From Sphingobacteriales bacterium (GTDB lineage Bacteria > Bacteroidota > Bacteroidia > Sphingobacteriales > Sphingobacteriaceae): 64,000 nucleotides of DNA. Location of the stretch: positions 10,853 to 74,852 of the forward strand of contig JAYULE010000185.1 in NCBI GenBank assembly GCA_043763845.1, written 5' to 3'. Below the pieces are notes generated by a model that was given only the letters and a program-made list of their open reading frames with translations, was not told where the DNA came from and ran no database searches. The position numbers and the translations under genes are program-made. Shown in pieces: positions 25,704 to 35,633 of the stretch; positions within the stretch are counted from its first letter, which is position 1; every line of letters begins with the position of its first letter.

Positions 25704-27578
25704 ATGGCATATCATTTTTTTGCAGATATTCAAAATTTAAACATTCAAACTGTTAATGCTTTTGGGCCGAGTGCCAACTCTACAATAAATACAATTGAGA
25801 ATGAAAATTTTTTAGTAACCAGTAAACATACTGCAACAGCAGATACTAACGCTATAGCAGTTTGTAATGGACAAATATTGGTACAACAACAAACGGAAAA
25901 TTCAGAACTTTTAAATATTGTATTTAAACCCCTACCCACACAACCGTTTAATTTTCCTAAAATCAAGTATTTTATATATAAAGGCATTAAGAAAGATAGT
26001 TTAATAGCTGCAACAACTACAGTCCTTGCCGCAAAAGGTAATAACGATTTAGTAGACGCTATTTGGGCAGCTTTTGAAACAACTAACACTACAGGTAGCC
26101 CAAGCCAAGCAATTTTAGGCTTAGATACTGCCATAAATAATTTGCCGGAAAGCCAAACAATCGAAGATGTATTTTCGACTATTTACCCCGAGGTACAGTT
26201 TTGGCATATAAATGCGGGTAACACTATAGGTAAATTTGATAAAGATGCAATAGGTTTTGAAATTGTTTTAGATACACTTTTTTACCAACCTACATTGGCA
26301 TTGGCTAGAAACTCAGCTACCTTTATTAGGGCAAAAACATTATCAACCACACCGCTCCAAAAAGATTTTTTTGAACATTGGAACGATAAAGAAAGTATCC
26401 TAAATTTTATAGACCCTTGTGCATTTTTTGGTAGTTTTTATGCTGATAAATTAAGCGTAATTAGCGCAAGCCAAAAAAGTAAATGGAAAGGGGAAGATTT
26501 ATATAATAACCTTCTAAGTAAATTTTCTAATAAAAATAAATGTTATATAGACATTAGAAATGAATTTAATTTTTCGCTTAATTATTTCAAAAATTATGGA
26601 TTAAGCCCAACCAATAATTTTACTGAAATTAAAATAAAAAAGGGCGATACAGCCTTCGCCTCAATTGATTATTATGCCAATTCATGGCCAATCTTAATCT
26701 TGGATAATACTGATTTTGCTACCTCAACTGCTAACCACCAAAGTTTTAGTTTACAGTTGCCTTCTGGTAACGGGGACAACCCTGAACCTATAATTTATTT
26801 TAGCAAGGCATATAATAATTCTGATACATTCCCTGATGAATATGACAAACAAGAAAAATTTAAACCTTTAGCTGTAGCAAATAATTTTTCCGATGAATTT
26901 AATATAGGCTTACCTTGGATAAACGGTAATTTAATAAGCTCTTATGTGCAAATTAAATACTGCAAAAGGAAAAGCGAAGAAGTTTTGCCACTGCCCCTAA
27001 ATACCCAAATGCGTAAAGGGGATAACTTTGACTGTCTTTTTAGTCCAAAAATAAATTTCAACTATAACAATTCACTTACACCAACTAAATTTTGTAACGA
27101 AAGTTTCTATATAGATTTAAGGACAATACATGGTTATGATGCTGTTTTTGTACCTAGTATTTCATTTGATTTAGATAAAGTAATATTGTTTGCCAACCTA
27201 GATGCGTACAACGAAAATACTACTAAAAAATATCTTCTCCCGTTTGAACTTAACAGTGAATTTAAAAATGTAAATACTGATTTTAAATTTATAGATAATT
27301 TAATATTAAAATATCAAAACCAACCACTTTCTGAAATTGGAGATAATGTCTTAATTACTTTTACGCATCCACAATGGAGTACAATTATTGGTTATAATGA
27401 ATTTGAAGGTAACTACCCTGTTTTTATAAGTATTGTTGAAAATAGACTAGAAAATATTAACAATCAAAGCTATACTGTTTTTGATATTATATTAAAAGGA
27501 TATAAAATTAATGGAAATAAGATTGAGGTTACATCACATAATTTAAATTTTAATATTTATTCTTTAAACTTAAATTAA
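25704..27578 (+). CDS. Hypothetical protein (624 aa), no signal peptide
   Basis: First ORF after module C. Its stop overlaps the next start (TAATG at 27576-27580). I recognised no motif. Confidence 0.6.
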   Translation: MAYHFFADIQNLNIQTVNAFGPSANSTINTIENENFLVTSKHTATADTNAIAVCNGQILVQQQTENSELLNIVFKPLPTQPFNFPKIKYFIYKGIKKDSLIAATTTVLAAKGNNDLVDAIWAAFETTNTTGSPSQAILGLDTAINNLPESQTIEDVFSTIYPEVQFWHINAGNTIGKFDKDAIGFEIVLDTLFYQPTLALARNSATFIRAKTLSTTPLQKDFFEHWNDKESILNFIDPCAFFGSFYADKLSVISASQKSKWKGEDLYNNLLSKFSNKNKCYIDIRNEFNFSLNYFKNYGLSPTNNFTEIKIKKGDTAFASIDYYANSWPILILDNTDFATSTANHQSFSLQLPSGNGDNPEPIIYFSKAYNNSDTFPDEYDKQEKFKPLAVANNFSDEFNIGLPWINGNLISSYVQIKYCKRKSEEVLPLPLNTQMRKGDNFDCLFSPKINFNYNNSLTPTKFCNESFYIDLRTIHGYDAVFVPSISFDLDKVILFANLDAYNENTTKKYLLPFELNSEFKNVNTDFKFIDNLILKYQNQPLSEIGDNVLITFTHPQWSTIIGYNEFEGNYPVFISIVENRLENINNQSYTVFDIILKGYKINGNKIEVTSHNLNFNIYSLNLN

Positions 27579-28228
27579 TGATAGAAAATAAGACAGAAAA
27601 ATATAACTTAAAAAAACGGATAAGTTTTTTTATTGGTGTTACACTTATTTTAATGGGTATAGGTTTAATATTGTTAGGTGATACTTTTACTTATGCACCA
27701 TATATTTTTATGCTTTTTGGAATATTTGTTATCATAATTACAAAATATAATGTTAAGCCTACACAGTTGTTAGTTGTATCTATTTTTATAATGTATTTTA
27801 TTACTTCTTTTTATTACGAAGCTATTATCAAATCTTATGATTTTAAAATAACAGTGCCACAAAATCAAAATAAATTTTATTTCATTGCATCCAACTATTA
27901 CTTAAAATGGGGGGATTACTTATTGACTTGGTTTAAACCTAAAACCATAAATATTAATTTAGTAGATGATAAAGTTTTATACCTGAACAGAGGGATGCCA
28001 AATAGTATTTTTTATGACAGAGTGCCTATAGCAAAACAAGGTTATATTATTTCAAATGAAGTTCGAGGTGATTATGAGTTTATTGTTTTATTACCTTTTA
28101 AAAACCGCAAACAAGATTTTAGTTATCAAGAAGTTCGGAAATTAACCGATAGCATTTACAATATGATATTAAATAAAAAATTAATGGAATATAAACTAGA
28201 TTCAATAGAAAAAAATGGATTCAATTAA
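27578..28228 (+). CDS. Membrane protein (216 aa) with three N-terminal TM helices
   Basis: Hydrophobic stretches ISFFIGVTLILMGIGLILLG, YIFMLFGIFVIIIT and LLVVSIFIMYFITSFYY. It is translationally coupled on both sides. Confidence 0.55.
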   Translation: MIENKTEKYNLKKRISFFIGVTLILMGIGLILLGDTFTYAPYIFMLFGIFVIIITKYNVKPTQLLVVSIFIMYFITSFYYEAIIKSYDFKITVPQNQNKFYFIASNYYLKWGDYLLTWFKPKTININLVDDKVLYLNRGMPNSIFYDRVPIAKQGYIISNEVRGDYEFIVLLPFKNRKQDFSYQEVRKLTDSIYNMILNKKLMEYKLDSIEKNGFN

Positions 28229-28985
28229 CATAAAATTTACAGCATTTATATCAAAGGAATTAGGTAAAAAACTAAAGGATTTTTTTGTTAAAATTCCATA
28301 CATAAATATTGCAGTTAATAAAGATGCGTTTTTAATTGATATACAAAAAGTAACTGGTTATTGGGGCGAAGAGCCATTATCTGGCCTTCCGTTTTTAAAA
28401 GAATATTTATTTTACAAAACAGATGATCGTTCATTTAATCAAGTGGGTACGCATAGGTTACAGTTATCAGCAAGTATTGATGTGTCAAAAATTGGCCTAA
28501 CCAGCTTTTACAATCAGAATACAAAATATTTTAAACCAACCGCTGGTGACAGTGAAAGATATACTATATATTTTGACCGTTTTTTTGATAACAGGTTTAC
28601 TGATAAAAGCGAGGTAAAAAAAGCAAATCCAACTTCTGGTTTAGAATTGGTTTACCCAACGTTTAAAAATTCTTTATTTTCTAGTTTAACCGATATTTTA
28701 AATTCAGCAACTATACAAGCATCGACTTCTGCTGGTTACCCTTTTACAAATCCATTAACCACCCCTAATATTGATATTGATTTAAAATTAAAAATACTTA
28801 AAACTTCAGATAGAATTTATTGCTATTTTACTGGCACACACAACCTATTTCCCTGTTATGAATTAATTTGTAATGGTAAATTAATATATATGTATGATCC
28901 TATTAAATTTAAAAGACTTGGTCCTGACCCAATAAATTTGAATAGAACTCAAACTTTTGAAAAAGCTATTTATTTTTCGATTTAA
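28215..28985 (+). CDS. Hypothetical protein (256 aa)
   Basis: It overlaps the upstream ORF by 14 nt and ends 22 nt before the giant ORF start. I recognised no motif. Confidence 0.5.
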   Translation: MDSINIKFTAFISKELGKKLKDFFVKIPYINIAVNKDAFLIDIQKVTGYWGEEPLSGLPFLKEYLFYKTDDRSFNQVGTHRLQLSASIDVSKIGLTSFYNQNTKYFKPTAGDSERYTIYFDRFFDNRFTDKSEVKKANPTSGLELVYPTFKNSLFSSLTDILNSATIQASTSAGYPFTNPLTTPNIDIDLKLKILKTSDRIYCYFTGTHNLFPCYELICNGKLIYMYDPIKFKRLGPDPINLNRTQTFEKAIYFSI

Positions 28986-29007
28986 AAAATTAAATATAAT
29001 CTACGCT

Positions 29008-32000
29008 ATGCCAAACAAATTTTACCCCCCACTTTCAACCCTCATAACTCCGGCACAAATACCCGAGAGTTTAAGTTTTATATCGTCGGGGATTAATTCT
29101 TTACTAGAAAAAATTTATTACAGAGATTTAAAAATACAGAGGTCATCAAGCAGTGCAACTATTTCCTACAATCTGGATATTATCACCTTTTCGGAGCTAC
29201 TAAAACTGGAAATACCAGGCACAGGCTTAGTATTAACTCTCAATTCCAATTTAGAAAACCCCAACGACGACATTAATGTAATACCGCTTTCGTTTACATG
29301 GCATTGGGGCATACAACAATATATTAGAAATTTTAAATTAACTAATTTCTCTTTCAGTAGTAATGACTTTTACAAACTTATTTTTGATCTGGTTAACGTA
29401 AGCGACTTAGATTTACTATTATCTACAACCAGTTTGTTAATTGAAACTGCAAACCCTTTAGATACTTTTGTACAAGCGGCTAACACTAAATATCCCACAC
29501 TAAACATACCTTATCCATTAAACACAGATAACGACATTGCAATTAACGATACGCTAACTGCTTTAGCACAAAACACTACGGTTAGCTTGCAAGAGATAGT
29601 TTTTGTTGACTATGTTATAGATGAAACTAGTATAGAAAACACGCTACAAAACATCAATTTTCTATTTTTCCCTACATTAGGTGCTAATATTATTGATAGC
29701 ATCAAAGAACTACTTATTCCACAAGTTACCGCCACTGCCCAACTCTCGGCAGGCTTAGAAATACCCCGCAAAGTATTAATACCCATAAATGCAAACGGAG
29801 AAATAGAAACAGATGAAGCCATAAAAACCACATTGCTTTTTAATATTGGCGAGTTTAGGTTTGATAGCAAAGCAGGTTTTGGCTTTAATGATAATATTGT
29901 AATTAGTTTTCCAGCTGCACATCCCAAAGCTCAAATAGCAAACACTGGCCTCATTATCAGCTTTACTGAAGCTAAGCTAGATCTTAGCCGCACCACCAAC
30001 ATCCCCGAAGCCGACCTAGCCGGCTACCCCCTAGATTTTGTAGGCCTTTACGTACAGACAGCCGAAATTACTTTTTCCCGCTTTGGTATTACCGACCCAA
30101 CAAAGCCTAGTACCACCTTATTTGCAGAAAACCTATTGATAGGCACAGGCGGTATTTCGGGTACTATTGGCTTGGCAGCCAATGGTACATTGTACCGTAA
30201 GTTTGGCACAAACTTCGATGCCGAGCTAAAACTGTTTTCGCTAACCTTTAGGCAAGGCACCATTACCCAATGTAATATAGAAGGCTTGCTCACTATACCG
30301 AAATTTAAAAACGGAAACGGTAGTACCGAGAATGCCAAAATAGGTATACAAGCCCGCATTTTTGATAACGGCGATTTTAGCATTACCGCCAAGCCACTAT
30401 TAACACCATATATCATTTCATTTCCAAATGTATTCGACTTAAAAGTGCGTAGCCTAGAAGTAGGCAAGCTAAACGATTCATATTATGCCGAAGTATCGGG
30501 CGTATTAGATTTTACGGCAAATGTACCTTTGTTGGGTGAAGTATTACCCAAACAAATAGAAATACACCGCCTGCGTATTTGGGACGATGGGCACCTAGAG
30601 TTTGCCGCTGGCCGCATAAAACTACAAAAAGCCTTTAAATTAGAAGTAGGGCCTGTAAAATTAGAAGTAGTAGAACTTAGCTTGGCACCTTACAAAAAGG
30701 GCAATCGTACCTATAGCTCCATTACTTTCGATGGTATGATAAACACCGGGCGGGCAGGCGTAAACGTGGGTGGCAATGGCATTAAATATTATTTTAATAC
30801 GGACGTTCATCCGGATGGGTTCGATCATTTCATACGCATAGAAGGGATAGATATTGACATACGCGTACCAGGCGATAAAACTAAAGACGCCAATTTCTTA
30901 CTTAAAGGGCACTTAAGTATGAAGAACCCAGAGGTAGAAGGTGTTGATGAGCAAGGGAAGCCATTGAGCCAAGCCAGCACCGAATATGCTGGCTCGGTTA
31001 CTTTTGATATACCCAAACTAGATTTTGGCGGCAGTGCAGGTATGCGCCTTAACCCAAGCATACCCGCATTTTTGGTGGATATGAATATAGAACTAGCCAC
31101 CCCCGTACCCATAGGTGCAACTGGCTTGGGCATTTACGGCTTTAGAGGCTTATTTGGCCAACATTATGTTCCCAACAAGGCCGATGATTCAAGTTGGTTA
31201 GAATACTACCGAGCTCCAACAAAAGGTGTAAATATTGATAAATTTGCCTCTAAACCCGGTTTATCTTTAGGTGCTGGGGCTTCTATAGCCACCAGTTTCG
31301 ATTCAGGTAAAACTTTTTCTAGCAAGCTGTTTTTATTATTGGGTTTGCCCGATGTTTTCCTCCTCGAAGGGCAAGCCGCCATCCTGCGCAAGCGCTTAGG
31401 TATTGATGATGATGTTGAACCTCCTTTTACCGCATTAATTATTATTGGCGACCAAGCTATACGAGCAAATTTAGCTGTTGACTATAAAATACCCGATAGT
31501 GGTAGCATTTTAGACTTACACGGCGAGTTGGATATGGCTTTCTTTTTCAATAACTCCTCGGGTTGGTATTTAAACATAGGAAAAGATGCGCCCGAAACCG
31601 CCAGAATAAGAACCCAAGTATTAAGCTTGTTTAATGGCTATGCCTATTTTATGATTTCGGCACAGGGCATAAAAGCTGGTGCTGGGGCAAGGTTCGATTT
31701 TAACAAACGCTTTGGGCCCGTATCGGTTGGCTGCGGCGCTTTCCTTAATTTAGGCGGTTTTATTAATTTTAGGCCTTTCCAAATTGGTGGTTTTATACAA
31801 TTAGGCGGTTACGCTTATATAAGAGTTTGGAGATGGGGATTTGAAATATCTGTACAGGCAGGTTTGGCAGTAGAAGCTCCGCATCCATTTAATATTGTGG
31901 GTAGTGTAGAAATAAGCTTTAGAATAATTAGAAGATTTAGAATAGGCTTAGAATTTAGCTGGCGCATCAGTGGCGATGATTCGCCTTTGCGAGTGCCTAT

Positions 32001-35000
32001 ACCTGTACTTAACTTACCCAATCCTGCCAAAGGTATTATCCCAGCCAAGGCTACACATATTTTAACACAAGAAACATTTACTTTAAATTATGTAAATGCA
32101 ATAACAAGTACTATACCTGCACCTAACGATTTTAGTGATGGTAAATGGAAAGTTGATTTTACAAAACCAGAAACTACCATACCATTAGATTGTTTTATTG
32201 ATATAGAACTGCAAAAACCTGTACTGCCAGGTATTGTACCTTTGGGTGGGGCATCTAATCAAGTTCCTACTGGTTATAAAGAACTAATGCCACCTATTAG
32301 AGGGTACAGCGACCAAATTGAGCACCAATTTAGGTTAGAAAACTTAGAGATTTTTGCTTGGGTACCCACCTCTGCTGCCGCAGGTAATTGGGTTTCCTAC
32401 AATATTTACGAGGCGGTAACTAGTATTGTAAACAGCAATAACAACGCTACCGCCCCTGTAATTCTGTCTAATTTAAAACAAGGGTACTGGCAATTTGTAG
32501 AACCAGGCCGTTTTAACAAAATACGCCTACTCGCACAAAATATGTTTAGCTTTTCATCTAAAACCATAAATGGTGCCGACAATTTAGATGCTCGTAATTT
32601 TAAACCAAAAGATGTTTTTTGTTACGATACTGTTTTAAAAAAGAACATTATAAACTGGGAAAAAGAAACAGTAGACACCGTATATCCACTTACCGAAGCC
32701 ATAAGTTTTAGTGGGGTAAGTTTTACTTTTTCGGGCACTGCTGGCCAGGTTAAAAGCATTCCTTCTAGTATTCCACCTAGTTTAACTAAAAACCTATACC
32801 TGCAAGAAAATAGCTTCATTAGCCTAGTTTTCCCCGAACCAGTAAATAAAATAGAACTTACATTTGGTGCCAACCAAAGCAATGTTACCGTTTTATATTA
32901 TACCACCAATTTTAAAGTAAGTGATTATGGCGAAGTGATATCCTACGATTATTTGATTCGCCAAGATAACATAAACCCTATTCAGCAAAATGCGAAATTG
33001 AATTATTTGGATGGTGAGGATGGCATTGATAAAATTGTAATTGCCATAAATTCACAACCCGATTTAGATTACGAAGGTGATGTACAACTAGGTGGATATT
33101 ACCCCATTGCCAATGGTTTTGAAATACCCGATAACATTTATCCTTACATAGAAGTGGCTAAAACCCTGCTGTATATAACTTTTTACAACCGCAGTTTTAC
33201 CTTGCCACAAGTATTGGCCAAAAACACCCTTACCGAAACGGGTATTGTAGCCCAATTTGCCATGGATAGTCAGCAGGCTTTGGTGGGTAATATTACTGCC
33301 CAAATAAATGGCAGGCCTTTAAAAAAAGAAAATTACTATCAAGACGATACCAACAGTGTATTACAATTGAACAAAGCCTACCAGTTTACCGGCAAAAATA
33401 ATGCGTTATTTATACCTTATCAGGATAGCCTAAAAATAGAAAATGCTAGCTTTGCAGTAGAACTTACGGCGGTATTTAAAGTTGATTCTGGTATAAGTAC
33501 GCTTTTAACAAAAGTAGTCGATGGCCAAACCGAAGGCTATAGAAAAGGATTTAGCTTGCACCTCATACAAAATGCAGCAAGCCAAACCAATACTACTTTT
33601 ACCACCCTAGCTGCTATACCTACCTTTACCATTTTACTAACTATTTACAGTGGCTTTAATACCGTTTTTGTTACCGCTTTTGATAAATATACGCTGGATT
33701 GTAACACAAATAAATTCAGCGCAAAGCAATATAAAAACATTTTGGTATCGGTAAACCGAAACAGTAATATTTTAGAGATTTTTATAGATGGGATTTCTAA
33801 AAGCCAAACTGCTATACCTTCAGCCTTAGCCGTATTTTCACCCCAGCCCAAATTTACTTACCTCAACCAAATAACCTACTTTACAGCCGAGCAGCAAAAA
33901 CGTATAACCGAAAGCCCATTAACTAACCAACAATTAGCCAATGAAGTTGCAATATTAGATGCAGGTATCAATAAAATAGTACAACCCCTTTGGCGGCCAA
34001 ATACCACTTATGCCATTCGCATAACAACTAGCGATACGGTGCAAGGCATAAATAAAGCATCTACACAAATATTTGGCTTTAAAACGGCAGGCCCTATTGG
34101 CCATTTCCATTTGCAAAACCCACAATACATTGCATTAAAAGCTCAAGACCGTGAAGGCGAATTTAAACTGGCCAATCTTAGAGAATACATTGATTTCGAA
34201 CGCTCGTATCCCGATGCCCAAGGCCGTTACGAATTAAGCAAACCCCCATTTTATATAGCACCTAAAATCAAATTGTTTTTTACGCAACCTTACATCAACG
34301 CCATGTTTGCCAATTGGGATAATTATCTAAACTTAACGCCCCTAAGCAGCGAGTTAGTGGTACAATTAATAGCCCAAAATGGCACTACCATTGCCCAAAA
34401 TTTAAAATGGGAAAATCCTATTGAAGAAATTATAAACGACGATAATATAGATAATTTTCCCGAAGACTTGAAAACAATTTATTGGTTAAACAAAAATTTA
34501 ACCCAAGGTGCTTGTAACCCGGTAAGTAGCGATATGAAAAAACGCATACAAAACGGTAGCTACACATTTCCGGATTTAGTACCTAATACCATGTACACCG
34601 CTGTATTTAACGCTACTTACGGTGTGGGTAATGCAACACCACAAGCGGTTGAAGTGCATAAATACAACTTTAAAACATCAATATTTGCCAGTTTTGCAAC
34701 GCAAGCAAGCAGCTTTATTTTAAACGCTACATCCGGGCAAGAAAAATATGACATTTATACCAAAAACATAGCCATAACGCAAAGCATTATCAACAGTCAA
34801 ATAAAACCAATAATTAACGAAGTTACGGGCATTAATACAGCAAACGCAAGCCAATACACTGCAAAATTCGACCGTTTAATTTATGGCGGTTTTTCATTAA
34901 ACATCCTCGAAAATGCCCCAAACACCGTAATTACTGTTTTAATAAATACCACAACTACCAAATGTTTGGGCCTCCTAATAAGTAACCCCGAGCCCTTTAA

Positions 35001-35259
35001 CGACCCGAAAATACCCACCAATTTATTAGACGATACTATTAAACTTACCTTAACCCTAGCCAACAATACCGTAATACCACCTTCAAGTTTTATATACATA
35101 CACTCGGCCGATACCTCGGCAGTATTTATTACGAATGCCGCAATGGACATCCCGCTAGGTAAAATTAAATTAGATTTTACTTACAAACTTTTTAATGGAT
35201 TTAATTATACCACCTTATTTGAAACTTACAGTACACCAGAGCTGAATTTATTGCAATAA
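29008..35259 (+). CDS. Giant protein (2083 aa), unknown family, with a LamG/ConA-like segment near aa 1460-1610
   Basis: Uninterrupted 6.25-kb ORF. I moved the start to the ATG at 29008 (MPNKFYPPL...) because the ORF-track start at 28957 overlaps the upstream gene. There is no signal peptide and no T9SS CTD. The composition is beta-rich and Gly/Asn/Thr-rich. Confidence 0.75.
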   Translation: MPNKFYPPLSTLITPAQIPESLSFISSGINSLLEKIYYRDLKIQRSSSSATISYNLDIITFSELLKLEIPGTGLVLTLNSNLENPNDDINVIPLSFTWHWGIQQYIRNFKLTNFSFSSNDFYKLIFDLVNVSDLDLLLSTTSLLIETANPLDTFVQAANTKYPTLNIPYPLNTDNDIAINDTLTALAQNTTVSLQEIVFVDYVIDETSIENTLQNINFLFFPTLGANIIDSIKELLIPQVTATAQLSAGLEIPRKVLIPINANGEIETDEAIKTTLLFNIGEFRFDSKAGFGFNDNIVISFPAAHPKAQIANTGLIISFTEAKLDLSRTTNIPEADLAGYPLDFVGLYVQTAEITFSRFGITDPTKPSTTLFAENLLIGTGGISGTIGLAANGTLYRKFGTNFDAELKLFSLTFRQGTITQCNIEGLLTIPKFKNGNGSTENAKIGIQARIFDNGDFSITAKPLLTPYIISFPNVFDLKVRSLEVGKLNDSYYAEVSGVLDFTANVPLLGEVLPKQIEIHRLRIWDDGHLEFAAGRIKLQKAFKLEVGPVKLEVVELSLAPYKKGNRTYSSITFDGMINTGRAGVNVGGNGIKYYFNTDVHPDGFDHFIRIEGIDIDIRVPGDKTKDANFLLKGHLSMKNPEVEGVDEQGKPLSQASTEYAGSVTFDIPKLDFGGSAGMRLNPSIPAFLVDMNIELATPVPIGATGLGIYGFRGLFGQHYVPNKADDSSWLEYYRAPTKGVNIDKFASKPGLSLGAGASIATSFDSGKTFSSKLFLLLGLPDVFLLEGQAAILRKRLGIDDDVEPPFTALIIIGDQAIRANLAVDYKIPDSGSILDLHGELDMAFFFNNSSGWYLNIGKDAPETARIRTQVLSLFNGYAYFMISAQGIKAGAGARFDFNKRFGPVSVGCGAFLNLGGFINFRPFQIGGFIQLGGYAYIRVWRWGFEISVQAGLAVEAPHPFNIVGSVEISFRIIRRFRIGLEFSWRISGDDSPLRVPIPVLNLPNPAKGIIPAKATHILTQETFTLNYVNAITSTIPAPNDFSDGKWKVDFTKPETTIPLDCFIDIELQKPVLPGIVPLGGASNQVPTGYKELMPPIRGYSDQIEHQFRLENLEIFAWVPTSAAAGNWVSYNIYEAVTSIVNSNNNATAPVILSNLKQGYWQFVEPGRFNKIRLLAQNMFSFSSKTINGADNLDARNFKPKDVFCYDTVLKKNIINWEKETVDTVYPLTEAISFSGVSFTFSGTAGQVKSIPSSIPPSLTKNLYLQENSFISLVFPEPVNKIELTFGANQSNVTVLYYTTNFKVSDYGEVISYDYLIRQDNINPIQQNAKLNYLDGEDGIDKIVIAINSQPDLDYEGDVQLGGYYPIANGFEIPDNIYPYIEVAKTLLYITFYNRSFTLPQVLAKNTLTETGIVAQFAMDSQQALVGNITAQINGRPLKKENYYQDDTNSVLQLNKAYQFTGKNNALFIPYQDSLKIENASFAVELTAVFKVDSGISTLLTKVVDGQTEGYRKGFSLHLIQNAASQTNTTFTTLAAIPTFTILLTIYSGFNTVFVTAFDKYTLDCNTNKFSAKQYKNILVSVNRNSNILEIFIDGISKSQTAIPSALAVFSPQPKFTYLNQITYFTAEQQKRITESPLTNQQLANEVAILDAGINKIVQPLWRPNTTYAIRITTSDTVQGINKASTQIFGFKTAGPIGHFHLQNPQYIALKAQDREGEFKLANLREYIDFERSYPDAQGRYELSKPPFYIAPKIKLFFTQPYINAMFANWDNYLNLTPLSSELVVQLIAQNGTTIAQNLKWENPIEEIINDDNIDNFPEDLKTIYWLNKNLTQGACNPVSSDMKKRIQNGSYTFPDLVPNTMYTAVFNATYGVGNATPQAVEVHKYNFKTSIFASFATQASSFILNATSGQEKYDIYTKNIAITQSIINSQIKPIINEVTGINTANASQYTAKFDRLIYGGFSLNILENAPNTVITVLINTTTTKCLGLLISNPEPFNDPKIPTNLLDDTIKLTLTLANNTVIPPSSFIYIHSADTSAVFITNAAMDIPLGKIKLDFTYKLFNGFNYTTLFETYSTPELNLLQ

Positions 35260-35283
35260 AAACCCATAACCCATAACCCCAAA

Positions 35284-35308
35284 TCCCCCTAACCCCCGAA
35301 GGGGGGAT
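35284..35308 (-). repeat. C5/G5 hairpin element, reverse orientation
   Basis: TCCCCCTAACCCCCGAAGGGGGGAT is the reverse complement of the 47473 copy (ATCCCCCCTTCGGGGGTTAGGGGGA). Confidence 0.8.
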
Positions 35309-35350
35309 TGAAAGCGTTAATAAAAAGAATATAAAAATGAAAACAATACA

Positions 35351-35616
35351 TATAAACATAACATATTCACACACTCCTTCGTTTACACCCCCTTCGGGGG
35401 CTGGGGGGATTATAAACACAACACATTCACACGCTCCTTCATTCACACCCCCTTCGGGAACTGGGGGGATTATAACCACCACACATTCACCCACTCCTTC
35501 CTCTACACCCCCTTCGGGAACTGGGGGGATTATAACCACCACACATTCACCCACTCCTTCGTTTACACCCCCTTTGGGGGCTGGGGGGATTACACCCCCT
35601 TCGGGGGCTGGGGGGA
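35351..35616 (+). repeat. Tandem array of a 60-bp unit (about 4.4 copies), each carrying a C5/G5 hairpin, ending 17 nt before the 1669-aa ORF
   Basis: The period is exactly 60 nt (copies at 35361-35420, 35421-35480 and 35481-35540, then a truncated copy and an extra hairpin). The unit is ACACATTCACnCnCTCCTTCnTTnACACCCCCTTCGGGnnCTGGGGGGATTATAAnCACn. Confidence 0.9.
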
Positions 35617-35633
35617 CTAAACTTTAACCCACT

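Noticed and set aside
35351-35616. CRISPR array interpretation of the 60-bp and 21-bp repeat arrays (also 47147-47439)
   Set aside because: There are no unique spacers between repeats (the units are contiguous and homologous throughout), no cas genes in the window, and no leader-like asymmetry.
35201-35627. ORFs 35337-35627 (+, 96 aa) and 35201-35554 (-, 117 aa), which translate to PSFTPPSGAGGII... repeats
   Set aside because: Both strands are open only because the DNA is an exact 60-bp (in-frame) tandem repeat of hairpin elements. There is no start context, and the region sits in the spacer between two long genes. I treat it as non-coding repeat.
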